Virus record (IMG/VR): IMGVR_UViG_3300033487_000009
Span: 1-48,382 of that record
Length of the DNA: 48,382 nucleotides
Direction: 5' to 3' (one strand)
DNA from: a virus
Lineage: Duplodnaviria; Caudoviricetes
The position numbers and the translations under genes were made by a program. The notes below the pieces were generated by a model that saw only the letters and a program-made list of their open reading frames with translations, had not been told where the DNA came from and ran no database searches. Below, in pieces: positions 26,474 through 36,020 of the stretch (position 1 is its first letter; each line of letters starts with the position of its first letter).

Positions 26474-27187
26474 TTATCTTATTGCACTCCATCCTGACAT
26501 CCAGTCCGATGAATACTCATAACTTGGCACCGTAAAATTGCTTGTCCACATGGCCGTATTGCATATCCTGAATTCATCAATCCACAACTTTTGATTTCCA
26601 CTAATCTTTTTTCTGATGATCATATCCGAGGTTAATGTAGGCCATTGAACGGTAGGGTTATTCGATACCACAGTTTTTGTTTGGCTTGTTCCATTGATGC
26701 AAATCTGCCATCCGGTTTGAGCTGTGGTCGATCCACCCCAACCTCGTATGATCGCCATATGATACCATGTGTCATTGGCTAAACTGGCCCCGCTGATACT
26801 AAATTCATTCTCTGTACCGCTTTTTTCCACGTGAAACACGATGGTCGCAAAGTTTGGATTCAAATAACAAGAGATATTATTATTCGCATCATCGGTTTGA
26901 TATAAAAAGTTACACGATACACCTTGCGTCACGTTATCCGTCCTGAACCAGAAATCAATGGTAAACGCTCCACCTGCAAAATTGAAATCGGTATGCGCAG
27001 CGGTGGAGATATACCCATCTCCTGTGCTTGGGAACAATCCGGACGCCGTTCCGAATTTATATTGGGCCGTATCCAAGGCGGCGGTCCCACTCGGAGTCCA
27101 TGCCTTTCCGCTTTCATCCGTGAAAACTGTTGAAGCATCGGCCCCGTTGAAATGCAATAGCGATTTTATGTTGTTACCAACCCACAT
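26474..27187 (-). CDS. LamG/Concanavalin A-like lectin domain tail protein
   Basis: SLLHFNGAD...FTDESG, KFGTAS, FTIDFW, WYHMAIIR, IDEFRI, NFTVP. Confidence 0.85.
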   Translation of the reverse strand: MWVGNNIKSLLHFNGADASTVFTDESGKAWTPSGTAALDTAQYKFGTASGLFPSTGDGYISTAAHTDFNFAGGAFTIDFWFRTDNVTQGVSCNFLYQTDDANNNISCYLNPNFATIVFHVEKSGTENEFSISGASLANDTWYHMAIIRGWGGSTTAQTGWQICINGTSQTKTVVSNNPTVQWPTLTSDMIIRKKISGNQKLWIDEFRICNTAMWTSNFTVPSYEYSSDWMSGWSAIR

Positions 27188-27188
27188 A

Positions 27189-27662
27189 TTACGTCCAGAA
27201 TTGGAGTTCGATTATAAATCCTTTTGCCGGGGTTGTATGTACCGCATCGACATCAACCCTTAACATGTCTCCCGTAGCAACGTCGTCATGAGTCGTATCG
27301 ATCACCGCAGGAGTAGCCGCCGTTTTTGAGTCCGTCTCCCCACTATCAAGAGTCAATTTCGTGGAAAGCATGTCGCAGGAATCGGTGACATTGTAAATCT
27401 GGATATCCATCGTTCCGGTTGTACCTGCGGTGACTACAGCCGCAGCAACGGCCACAAGATTCATTCCATTCAGGGCGGAAGGAATACGAAAATAGGCTTG
27501 ACCGTCTCCTGTGGCGCAATTCACCGTTCCGGCAATGATTTGATTTGAATAGGTCCGCCGATCCGTTTCCATGATGGCCCAATTCGCGGCATCCTTGACC
27601 ATGCCCTGATAGAACGTATCCTGCTGGCTTGCGGTATTTATTACACTGAATCTCGCTGTCAT
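27189..27662 (-). CDS. Tail-associated structural protein
   Basis: TGDG..YFRIP...NGMNL...MLSTKLTLDSGE..S.TAATPAVI...GD.LRVDVD.V. Confidence 0.65.
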   Translation of the reverse strand: MTARFSVINTASQQDTFYQGMVKDAANWAIMETDRRTYSNQIIAGTVNCATGDGQAYFRIPSALNGMNLVAVAAAVVTAGTTGTMDIQIYNVTDSCDMLSTKLTLDSGETDSKTAATPAVIDTTHDDVATGDMLRVDVDAVHTTPAKGFIIELQFWT

Positions 27663-27671
27663 ATTGTCACC

Positions 27672-29858
27672 TTATCGTCCCAACATCGCTCCATTGAAAT
27701 CAATGCCGTAAAATTCAAATCCCAAAGCACCATAAATATTGGTCAATTCAAACATCACTTCCTGATAATTGAATTTCTTGCTTATTTTCTCGCTTCTTTC
27801 GGATGTGGGGGCCGCTGAGATATACATATTCATGTCATAAATATAGATATCCTGCCCGTCGTCGAAGATGAATGCGTGTCCACTTGTGGTCGTAATATCC
27901 TTTGTATAGACAACGTTGTCGTAATCCTGATTCGTGTAGATATTCAAGGTACAGGATGTTCCCGCAGCCCCATAGAGATGTGGATACAGATACTTATTAT
28001 GCTTTCTATTGTTTCCCGCACCCCAATCCGTCATTACACCACGCACATAAGTATCCGCAGCATACGAAGTTCCAGCATCCGTATAATGCGTATTGTCTCC
28101 CAATAGACGGTATAGATATCCATCCGACCCTCCAATCAGCATTTCGTTATTGATAAACTTGTAACAGGTATGCCCGAAGGCGAATTTATATACTCCGACC
28201 TGACCGCCGCTTTCCATATTGATAACGTAAATAATGCTTAATTGGGTCGTGCTTTGGAACAGGGTCAACCATAATTGCTTATCTATTTGATTATATTCCG
28301 AATACGCATATGTATTCCCGAAACCCGTGATTTGAGATTGAAAGTTTTTGCTGAAATTATAGGTCTTGCTTATATCCCCGTATTCACTGACGGATGTTAA
28401 ACCAAGCCAGCCTTGCTTTGAAAGAAATGAAATGACATTTCCGTCGTTTAGACAGGTTTGATAGGCAACTCCTCCGATTTCCTTTAAGAGGGGTACAACC
28501 TCGAACGTGTTGTCTCCCGGAAAATTGTCCAATCTATGTAATGAGTTACCTTTAAGCAAGACAACGGACGAGAAGAAATTCACCGCCCCGATCAACTGAT
28601 AACCATCTAACGGATCGACATCCAAATATCCGCCTGAGCTTGTGGTATCCCATGCATCTTCGTCGTTCGGGCCTGAATACCAGAACCGGGATGTGTTGTC
28701 GGAATCTCCCCACATATACAATCTGGATGCCCTGACGAAACCTGCTTTCGATTTAGGCGCGCCGCTGACCTTCTCGTATTCTGCATAGACTGGCGTTGTA
28801 TTGTCTGGTGCGCCTGAGCAGGTGAATTGATAGACCCCCGTGGTGTAATTTACTGCGTTACCTGACAAGGTGAAGTTGTCGAAATCTCCGCTTGAAGTCG
28901 CTCCTACCGCAACAATCCGGTATCCTCCGGTAGTCGTCGCAGTCCATACGAAAGATTGCGCTCCGGTAGCAGAAACCGTTCCTATGGTCTGTGTTCCGTC
29001 ATAACTTTTGATGGTCCATGTGGACACAAGGTTCGCCACAGAGAACGTCATGCGGTACACTTTTCCAACAGTGGTAGGCGCGCTTGCAACCGGGCAGGTG
29101 CAATACTGACCTGCGGCATTGGCGGTAATCGTTAGGTCTGCTGTTTCGTTATAGGCGTTCAAATCTACATTGGCCCAGGCCGAAGCTCCGGAGAAATCGC
29201 GATCTACCTGATTAGGCATTAATTCACTTGCGGCTACGTCCCCTACCAAAGCCCCGGAAGCCTCGGATGTGATGGTTTTTGAAGACGCCCCGCTGGTATA
29301 GGTAATAGTCAAAGTCGTTGATTTGATTGCAGGATGTGATACGGTTCCGTTATATGCCGTAATAACACCGTTTCCTGTACCTAACGATTCATCCTTATAG
29401 AGACAAGTTAAAGTCTCAAAGGTCGTTCCATCCCATGCTTTCGTTATTCCGCTGTCATGGATAATCAGTTTACTGTGGAATTCGGTAAACGTCGGACGGC
29501 CTGAGATTGATCCGATCTCCACCGGATCAAAAGAACCATCCAGGTAGTAGAGTTTCGATTCCGTGGCAATGATATAACATGCGCCAGCTACAAAATAGTA
29601 ACAGGCCAGGATGGATGACCCGATATTGGTGTTGCTTATTTTCTCCGTCCCCTGCCTGGACTTCAGGATCACGACCTTGCTTGAATTGCCGTCCTCGTCC
29701 GTTACTACCTGATTGACGATGTACTTCATGTTCATGCAACGGGTAAGCGAAGAGACGGAAAGATTGATAGGCGCAACCTCTTGATTCAAACCGTCATTGA
29801 ACGATTTGACGAAGAAATCCTGAGTTCTTTTGGGATGTTTCGTTGAAAACTGCCCCAT
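27672..29858 (-). CDS. Tail nozzle / tubular protein B (P22 gp10-like beta-propeller) with inserted domains
   Basis: FNDGLN N-terminus, RLYMWG...SRFWYS..ND..AW propeller motifs; follows the adaptor gene. Confidence 0.75.
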   Translation of the reverse strand: MGQFSTKHPKRTQDFFVKSFNDGLNQEVAPINLSVSSLTRCMNMKYIVNQVVTDEDGNSSKVVILKSRQGTEKISNTNIGSSILACYYFVAGACYIIATESKLYYLDGSFDPVEIGSISGRPTFTEFHSKLIIHDSGITKAWDGTTFETLTCLYKDESLGTGNGVITAYNGTVSHPAIKSTTLTITYTSGASSKTITSEASGALVGDVAASELMPNQVDRDFSGASAWANVDLNAYNETADLTITANAAGQYCTCPVASAPTTVGKVYRMTFSVANLVSTWTIKSYDGTQTIGTVSATGAQSFVWTATTTGGYRIVAVGATSSGDFDNFTLSGNAVNYTTGVYQFTCSGAPDNTTPVYAEYEKVSGAPKSKAGFVRASRLYMWGDSDNTSRFWYSGPNDEDAWDTTSSGGYLDVDPLDGYQLIGAVNFFSSVVLLKGNSLHRLDNFPGDNTFEVVPLLKEIGGVAYQTCLNDGNVISFLSKQGWLGLTSVSEYGDISKTYNFSKNFQSQITGFGNTYAYSEYNQIDKQLWLTLFQSTTQLSIIYVINMESGGQVGVYKFAFGHTCYKFINNEMLIGGSDGYLYRLLGDNTHYTDAGTSYAADTYVRGVMTDWGAGNNRKHNKYLYPHLYGAAGTSCTLNIYTNQDYDNVVYTKDITTTSGHAFIFDDGQDIYIYDMNMYISAAPTSERSEKISKKFNYQEVMFELTNIYGALGFEFYGIDFNGAMLGR

Positions 29859-30739
29859 TACAATCCTATGCTTACTGTGGTCTGTTTCCTCATTTCGATC
29901 ACCTTACGAGTTCGATCATTGAGGAAACTCATCCATTTCAATTCTCCGCTTACATCGTATTCGTCTCTCGTTTCAGCTCGGATCGAAAGGGCTTCTATAA
30001 ACACGTTGTCCATGATCCCCAAGAACGGAACCGTGTCAGTCGTGGCGGTGAGGGCCGTTGGAAGAGTATAGTATGGTATCTTTATCACATAGGCATCGTC
30101 CGGATACGACGGAAAACAAATATTGTTCGATCCGTCAACGTAATATTCGGACGGCTGCGTTGCGTCCACGGGATCGTATTCACTTAGGCATCCCTCGGTC
30201 CTGAGATATAATTTATCCCGACCATGACTATCCACAATCCATCCTTCAAACTGATTTCCGTGTTTGTCCATCAAGTGTGCGGGGCAATACATATACGAGG
30301 CCAAGTCGCTGAATTTCCGTTTCATGACATGGCCCCCGCTCGAATAAGCAGTATAAGCCGTGGAAGCCACCCCCAGGGTTCCAGCATTAGCACTGACATA
30401 GGTGAACGTAAATTCCGTATCGTTCAATTCCGTCATCCCGACGACATCCTTGATCAATACCTCGCATGTCCCGGATGAAATCAATCCATGAGAAGTAGCG
30501 GTTATCTGGCAATTCGCTGCCTGGGTTGCGGCGGTAATATCCGCATGGATCGTGGTGATCGTTCCCAAGGTTCTTCCAAGGTCAGAATCGTATTCAGCGC
30601 ATAACCCGGTGATCCACAACGCAGTTTCATTAATCCATGCGATAAACGTTGCCTCGGTAGGATCGGACGTGGACGAAATGGTGATTCCCCCTCCTATCCT
30701 GTAACCTACACGGGTCAAAATGTCGGAGACTAAAGACAT
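29858..30739 (-). CDS. Head-tail adaptor / tubular protein A with inserted beta domain
   Basis: Helical N-terminus (WINE), P..YY...ICFPSYPDDAY.IKIPYY..P..L C-terminus. Confidence 0.7.
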   Translation of the reverse strand: MSLVSDILTRVGYRIGGGITISSTSDPTEATFIAWINETALWITGLCAEYDSDLGRTLGTITTIHADITAATQAANCQITATSHGLISSGTCEVLIKDVVGMTELNDTEFTFTYVSANAGTLGVASTAYTAYSSGGHVMKRKFSDLASYMYCPAHLMDKHGNQFEGWIVDSHGRDKLYLRTEGCLSEYDPVDATQPSEYYVDGSNNICFPSYPDDAYVIKIPYYTLPTALTATTDTVPFLGIMDNVFIEALSIRAETRDEYDVSGELKWMSFLNDRTRKVIEMRKQTTVSIGL

Positions 30740-30742
30740 GGT

Positions 30743-31249
30743 TTAGTCCTTTTGTAGAAATTTCGTATTACTGTCCTCATCCGCCAAATGGCTTAACACC
30801 TGATATTCAAGTTTGACCTTGCCGAAACCGCCCTGTTTTTCCTCCCTGGCAACCCTGTGAGGATTAACACGATGCCGTTCAACATCCTTGTATGTGGGAA
30901 GGCGATTTGCTATTTCCTCGGCCAATTCCTGCCGCCTTTTCATACAGGCATCCTTGTTTTCCTTGAATAATTGGTGCGCATCGGCCTCCTGTGCATTGAT
31001 CTTATCCAGGCGTTCCTTCTTCTGTTTGATTTCGATCTGAGTGGTCAGCCGTCTTGTCTCTGCGATAAGGCCCGACTTCATGGCCGATTCAAGGTGTTTG
31101 ATATCTTCCTTCAGTTCCTCTTTCAGTTTCGGATAACAGAACGAGGGTTTGGCCGATCCCTTGTCCTCCGATCCATAGAAGGCCCTGAATCCCTGTTTCT
31201 TTACTTTATCTCCATCCCCTTTGATTATGATATAACTCGCGTTCGACAT
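30743..31249 (-). CDS. Hypothetical charged helical protein
   Basis: AAGGA RBS before MSNASY. Confidence 0.6.
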   Translation of the reverse strand: MSNASYIIIKGDGDKVKKQGFRAFYGSEDKGSAKPSFCYPKLKEELKEDIKHLESAMKSGLIAETRRLTTQIEIKQKKERLDKINAQEADAHQLFKENKDACMKRRQELAEEIANRLPTYKDVERHRVNPHRVAREEKQGGFGKVKLEYQVLSHLADEDSNTKFLQKD

Positions 31250-31327
31250 ATGTTTCCTTTCTTTGAGGCGTACAATGACGTATCCCAAGTGGGGGGATTT
31301 ATCCGTCCCCCCGTCGGAGTTTAATGG

Positions 31328-32332
31328 TTATGCGTTTACTCCAATTCCGCCTACAAGATTAGGCTGTGCCGTGCTGGAACTCAAGAATGTAGCTGCATCG
31401 GTCCAATTCGTTATGCCCTTATTCGCCCAACAATTTTGAAGTATAATCTGATGTGTCGTTGTGCAAGCATCCCGAATAGCGTAGGTCAATGCACTTGCAA
31501 AATTCTCCCAGAAATTGTAGAATCCGCTGTTTTCAAACAGCAACTCCCGGTCTGCCGATGAACCGGCACTGTAAAGCTGGACAAGTCCAACGCTGTTATT
31601 GGCAGCCGTTTCGATCCTCGTTGACAGGGTACAGTTTTTGAAATGCATCCCAAAACCGGTTGATGTGGTCCCGCCCTTGAACTGGATGCAACCGGGACCT
31701 TTGGTTCGCGCGCTGTTGCCGGAACTACCGAGTATGGAATTCTCGACCAGAAGGCCATTGCCCGCGCCCGAAACACTGGTATCCACAATCAGTGGAACAC
31801 CGGCCCCAATCGTGGCAAGTTGGGTTGTTCCGTTTCCGCCTCTCATCGACATTTCGTTTAAGTGTGCATTTTTACCGGAAACCCGAATATCACAATAACT
31901 CGTTGCAGAATCCGCGCTGTTATAGGTTCCGAATCCCTTTGTGGTGACATAATGTCCCGTAATGTTTACGATTTCTGACACACCTGCCGTGGTGCAAGTC
32001 AATCGTGTCCCGCCATTGGTCAATGTACCCGGCTGATAAGCCTGATACCGTGGACCCGCACCAATGATATAGGTTACATCCTTGTCCCAGGTAGTCGATG
32101 AGGTCACTACATGATCTCCTGGGAATAGTACCAGAACGTCTCCGCTATCCGTGGTCATAAGATTTTCGGCGGCCTGAAAATCGGTCTGAATAGAACTTCC
32201 CGAAAATCCCTGTTTACTGAGATTCTTGTAATAATTATCGGCCCGGTCCTTAATGAGACAGAACACATCCCCGACATACGGCACCCCTAAATAGGTGCAT
32301 ATTCTATCCTTGAAACTTCTCGGAACGCCCAT
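31328..32332 (-). CDS. Pectin-lyase-like beta-helix protein (possible capsid-associated)
   Basis: FQAA...GDVLVLFPGDH...IIGAG N-terminal cap, then beta-helix rungs; directly after the capsid gene. Confidence 0.65.
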   Translation of the reverse strand: MGVPRSFKDRICTYLGVPYVGDVFCLIKDRADNYYKNLSKQGFSGSSIQTDFQAAENLMTTDSGDVLVLFPGDHVVTSSTTWDKDVTYIIGAGPRYQAYQPGTLTNGGTRLTCTTAGVSEIVNITGHYVTTKGFGTYNSADSATSYCDIRVSGKNAHLNEMSMRGGNGTTQLATIGAGVPLIVDTSVSGAGNGLLVENSILGSSGNSARTKGPGCIQFKGGTTSTGFGMHFKNCTLSTRIETAANNSVGLVQLYSAGSSADRELLFENSGFYNFWENFASALTYAIRDACTTTHQIILQNCWANKGITNWTDAATFLSSSTAQPNLVGGIGVNA

Positions 32333-32376
32333 TTTAAGCTCCTTTTCTCCGAAACCTGAATAGGACAGGCCATAGA

Positions 32377-32421
32377 GGTTAAGATATCTCCCTCCCTCAT
32401 CCCTATAGCGAAGGAGGGAGA
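32377..32421 (-). terminator. Hairpin after the major capsid gene
   Basis: TCTCCCTCC...GGAGGGAGA stem on the minus strand; weak U-tract. Confidence 0.45.
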
Positions 32422-32433
32422 CGGTTTGATTAG

Positions 32434-33366
32434 TTACGCAGGGTCATTCCAGATAATCCATCTCCAATCCGTGAATCCCCATGCAACGGCAAAGTAATCC
32501 TGATATTTCCTCATTTGATGATCGTAATCCAGCGGAGGCGTATTGAATTCCAGGGGAATAGCGTCGATCCATTTCAAGGAATCCTTCATGGCCTGGGAAT
32601 CAATCAATCCCCATCCCGTGGTGCTGTAATCATCAAGCATCGGAAGTTCCAGGAATTTCCAACGGCCTTTCTGAAAGTTGACATCATTCAGATTGTCACC
32701 GGGTTTCCCTGGGCTGTTTGCAGCCACATAAACCGCTTCCGCCAATGACGGACCATATGCAATTGTATCGAAATTGGTCGCCATTCGCTCTCCGATATCA
32801 TCCCTTAATCCGAGTGAGATGATCCTGACCGCTTCGAGGTTCACAGCGTCGAAAGAATAAGTGGTCAGGTTGTCAAACCCGACTGAAGTGGACACATCGG
32901 GAGTTTTGGTGGTATGGGAATTGGATGCCAGGGCAACACCCTCCTCGGAGGTCATGAAGGTGAAAGACGCAGAATCCGGATAAATAAAAGGCTCGTGGGC
33001 GATTTTATTCTGTTTCCGGTTTGCGGCAACGGCAAGTTGTTTCGGTAATTGTTTCACAATGCCCGACTTGTCCGTATCAGCGATTCTCCGTTCGAGGATG
33101 AATCCACCTGCGTATTCTTGGGGAACGATTTTGGTATGGTATCCCATACTGAAATTCTGATACTGGATCACGCCATTGAATCTCTGAGGATCGGGCAATG
33201 ACCCTACACGCTGGAATTCCATCCAGGCATCCTTGGTGTTTTTGATCCGGTCATAAACCCGGTCAATAATCAAAGGAAGTGCCTTATAGGTATTCCAGTA
33301 GTACTCGTTGATATTAGCGTCAAGTAGTTTGACTGCTTGTGCGCTTGTGAAAGGACTCTCGCTCAT
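32434..33366 (-). CDS. Major capsid protein (HK97 fold, Mu gpT-like)
   Basis: 310 aa; EGVALASNSH, DDIGERM, GFTDWRWI C-terminal motif; AGGAGG RBS; position after scaffold and cement. Confidence 0.8.
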   Translation of the reverse strand: MSESPFTSAQAVKLLDANINEYYWNTYKALPLIIDRVYDRIKNTKDAWMEFQRVGSLPDPQRFNGVIQYQNFSMGYHTKIVPQEYAGGFILERRIADTDKSGIVKQLPKQLAVAANRKQNKIAHEPFIYPDSASFTFMTSEEGVALASNSHTTKTPDVSTSVGFDNLTTYSFDAVNLEAVRIISLGLRDDIGERMATNFDTIAYGPSLAEAVYVAANSPGKPGDNLNDVNFQKGRWKFLELPMLDDYSTTGWGLIDSQAMKDSLKWIDAIPLEFNTPPLDYDHQMRKYQDYFAVAWGFTDWRWIIWNDPA

Positions 33367-33378
33367 TAGGCACCTCCT

Positions 33379-34143
33379 TTAAGCGAAGTGGCTGGGAGCA
33401 AGAGTAAACACCGCGTACTCTTTACCAGCTTCTTCTAAGTTAAGCTCATGCACATAGGCGTTGAAGTAGTAATTCAAGTCATTGGCAGAGTCGATTCCCT
33501 GAAACTGTGATTCCCAATCAATATGAGCATACCCGCGTCTGATGTTGGCGATAACAAACGTATCGCCAGTCGCAATGGTATAAGTGAAAGGGATAACATG
33601 GGTCTGAGTCGTGGTCGCGCCAGTCGTAATGACACGATATTGCCCCCGATTTGCACCAATGGAACAATATGAAGTCGAGAAAAGACTTACAGTCGTGTCA
33701 ATCGCGCCGACAACATAAGTCAACCCGGAACTTCCGGTCGTACATGCCTTACGTTCCGGAGCCGTGCCATAGGTCGCATGACAAAGCGGGGCCTGGATCA
33801 GAGAATTTGGGGTCAGAAGTTGTACCTGAGTGATGGCAGGTCCGACCGGATCATTCGCCTGAAGCGTGGCATTAGTGGTATCGTAGGTAACCTTATTCCC
33901 CTTATAGGTACTGTCGTAATAGGATGTTCCTGGGCTGGTATTCCTACCAGGGCCTAAGCAGATACCGGCGATTTTCTGCGTGACGTCCGGCCCTGCTACG
34001 GCAACCGCCGACGGGATCACCACACCACTGACGGTATAATCCCATATGAGCATTTGCCCCTGGTAGCAATCTGCGCCTACCTGAGCATCGGCAATCACGG
34101 GAGCCAACCCACCGGTAATTTCTCCCAAATATTGGAAAGCCAT
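33379..34143 (-). CDS. Capsid cement/decoration protein
   Basis: AGGAG RBS before MAFQYLG; YQGQML...IAGIC; beta-rich; directly upstream of the MCP gene. Confidence 0.55.
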   Translation of the reverse strand: MAFQYLGEITGGLAPVIADAQVGADCYQGQMLIWDYTVSGVVIPSAVAVAGPDVTQKIAGICLGPGRNTSPGTSYYDSTYKGNKVTYDTTNATLQANDPVGPAITQVQLLTPNSLIQAPLCHATYGTAPERKACTTGSSGLTYVVGAIDTTVSLFSTSYCSIGANRGQYRVITTGATTTQTHVIPFTYTIATGDTFVIANIRRGYAHIDWESQFQGIDSANDLNYYFNAYVHELNLEEAGKEYAVFTLAPSHFA

Positions 34144-34145
34144 AT

Positions 34146-34637
34146 TTAATCTCCTCTTCGTGTGTTGAGGCTGCCGCATGAAGGGCAACCTCGCGTGATA
34201 TTGGGTTTGTAAGCAATCTTGTCTATGGTAACTGTTCCGGCGGTGGATGCACTTTCTGTGGTGAGGCTATAGGATGATCCTAATCGTATCTCCCCCCTTG
34301 AAACGCCCCGTGCGGCTATCGCATAGTTACCGTCATTCGTCCCGCTGGTCGTCGAAATGCGGATCGGCATTTCCGATTGAAGCAGTTTGTCTGCGAATAG
34401 AGATTGGCTGTCCGCAATTTTCGCGGGTTCATCTCCACTGGCAGCGGTGAAGGAAATCGTCGTCCCTTCGTACAGCTCATCGTAAAACACTTCTCCGGTC
34501 GGCGAGCCTTTTGTTCCATAATCCCCAATTTGCGTTACGGGAACGCTACTGTCGGGGATTTTATTCTTTACGCACATAAACCCGCAAATCGGGCATCGGT
34601 ACGTGTAGTAACTTCTGTTTTTGATGTCATTGCTCAT
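34146..34637 (-). CDS. Split zinc-ribbon protein with inserted beta domain
   Basis: YRCPICGF at the N-terminus and GCPSCGSLN at the C-terminus. Confidence 0.65.
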   Translation of the reverse strand: MSNDIKNRSYYTYRCPICGFMCVKNKIPDSSVPVTQIGDYGTKGSPTGEVFYDELYEGTTISFTAASGDEPAKIADSQSLFADKLLQSEMPIRISTTSGTNDGNYAIAARGVSRGEIRLGSSYSLTTESASTAGTVTIDKIAYKPNITRGCPSCGSLNTRRGD

Positions 34638-35435
34638 CTATTTTACTTTTCTCAAAATTTCCTGCACCTTATCCGGTGTATTCCCGAACATATTTGCGAT
34701 TCTCTGTGTCACTTCATCCACGGGGATGGGTTTGGTCTGCTGTATATTCTGTTTGTTACCGGGACTCATGACCGTCCCTTTGACCTGCCCTGTGGTATGT
34801 CCGGCCATCGGATTCTTTCTTTCAGCTGCTTTGTTACGGATATAATTGGCAATTCCTTCACTGACCAGAAGTCTTCCCGCAACTTCCGGGGGCAATGAAC
34901 GATCCGCGGATTGTATGTTCTCTACAACGTATTTTGCCACCGTAGAACCAAATTCCGTTCCGGCCTGATTGGTAAACAGGGGGTCCCGTTCCATTGTGTT
35001 GGCAGCATGTCGAACCAAGTCCTGACTGAAAGTTTGTTCGGCCTGGGTCATGTTCTTTATTTTGGCCTCCAAACGCTTATCGACCGCCTTTTCGAGATAA
35101 GCATCCGGATTCGCCAAAAAGTCTGCCGGATCGACTTTGGGAGTAGGTTCGGCTGAAATATGAGGCAAACGAGTCTCCAATAACTGAGATACGTTCCTCA
35201 AGATATCATCCGATAGTTGTTTTTGTCTCCTTCCATCCCATGAGGCTATCCGCTGGAATAACCGTTCCTCGATTACTTCAGGAGTAATCTGTTGCGTTGT
35301 CTGCTGGTCCTGAGAAGTTTGATCCTGCGTTTGCTGTGTCTGGTCCTGGGTCTGATCTTGTGTTTGATCTTGTACGTTCGCCGTCTCTTGCTGTGTCCCG
35401 GCATCCGAGGCAGCTTGAGTTGCATTCTGTTCCAT
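34638..35435 (-). CDS. Capsid scaffolding protein
   Basis: Q/D/T-rich low-complexity N-terminus (QDQT repeats), helical body; GGAGG RBS before MEQNAT at 35435. Confidence 0.7.
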   Translation of the reverse strand: MEQNATQAASDAGTQQETANVQDQTQDQTQDQTQQTQDQTSQDQQTTQQITPEVIEERLFQRIASWDGRRQKQLSDDILRNVSQLLETRLPHISAEPTPKVDPADFLANPDAYLEKAVDKRLEAKIKNMTQAEQTFSQDLVRHAANTMERDPLFTNQAGTEFGSTVAKYVVENIQSADRSLPPEVAGRLLVSEGIANYIRNKAAERKNPMAGHTTGQVKGTVMSPGNKQNIQQTKPIPVDEVTQRIANMFGNTPDKVQEILRKVK

Positions 35436-35455
35436 ATCATCCTCCAAAGTTTAAT

Positions 35456-35503
35456 AAAAAAGGCGCGTCCATTATGGAATCGCGCCTCGGTTTTTCCGAT
35501 AGC
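35456..35503 (-). terminator. Tandem hairpin plus intrinsic terminator upstream of the scaffold gene
   Basis: TCGG-AAAAA-CCGA, then GGCGCG-at-TCCA-taa-TGGA-CGCGCC-TTTTTT. Confidence 0.7.
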
Positions 35504-35519
35504 AATATATAACTTTAAG

Positions 35520-35651
35520 TTATAGTTTTATGTTCTCCGCTACATTTACTGTCGTAATAGTCCCGGATTCAAACGATATGGTAATCTTGCCCCATCCCTT
35601 CCGCGAAATGAAATTCTGTATCAGTAGAATAAGTTTCTGAAGTCTTTCCAT
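35520..35651 (-). CDS. Small 43-aa protein resembling DUF2292/YezD-type proteins
   Basis: Hand-translated MERLQKLILLIQNFISRKGWGKITISFESGTITTVNVAENIKL. Confidence 0.55.
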   Translation of the reverse strand: MERLQKLILLIQNFISRKGWGKITISFESGTITTVNVAENIKL

Positions 35652-35654
35652 GAC

Positions 35655-36002
35655 TTATTGTCCTTTCATGCTCTTTTCTCGTTCCTCACCGACCGTTAAT
35701 TTCTGCGCTATGCCCTTCATGAAATTAAAACAAACATTGATATTCAATGCCTCTTCACGCAGTTTCATGAGATGATTCTCAAATCCGCTGGACGTGCATA
35801 TGTTGACCATATTCATCACATTGGCCGCAATGGATTCCACAGTGGAATCAAGAATCAATTTGCCTTCAGGCCGATCCAGAAATTCCCTGAGAATCTTCCC
35901 GCTCATCAATTCCCTTAAAATATAATCACGCACATTCTCTGGAAATTGACTAACATAATCAGAGATTTGTTGGGTTGTCCATCCCCATCCTGATGTTTGC
36001 AT
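35655..36002 (-). CDS. Hypothetical protein downstream of portal
   Basis: AGGTG RBS; FLDRPEGKLIL pattern often found after podovirus portals. Confidence 0.65.
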   Translation of the reverse strand: MQTSGWGWTTQQISDYVSQFPENVRDYILRELMSGKILREFLDRPEGKLILDSTVESIAANVMNMVNICTSSGFENHLMKLREEALNINVCFNFMKGIAQKLTVGEEREKSMKGQ

Positions 36003-36020
36003 TTTATTACCACCTATTCA

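Noticed and set aside
35290-35372. Short tandem repeats (possible CRISPR or VNTR)
   Set aside because: They encode the QDQT low-complexity N-terminus of the scaffold protein; there are no unique spacers.
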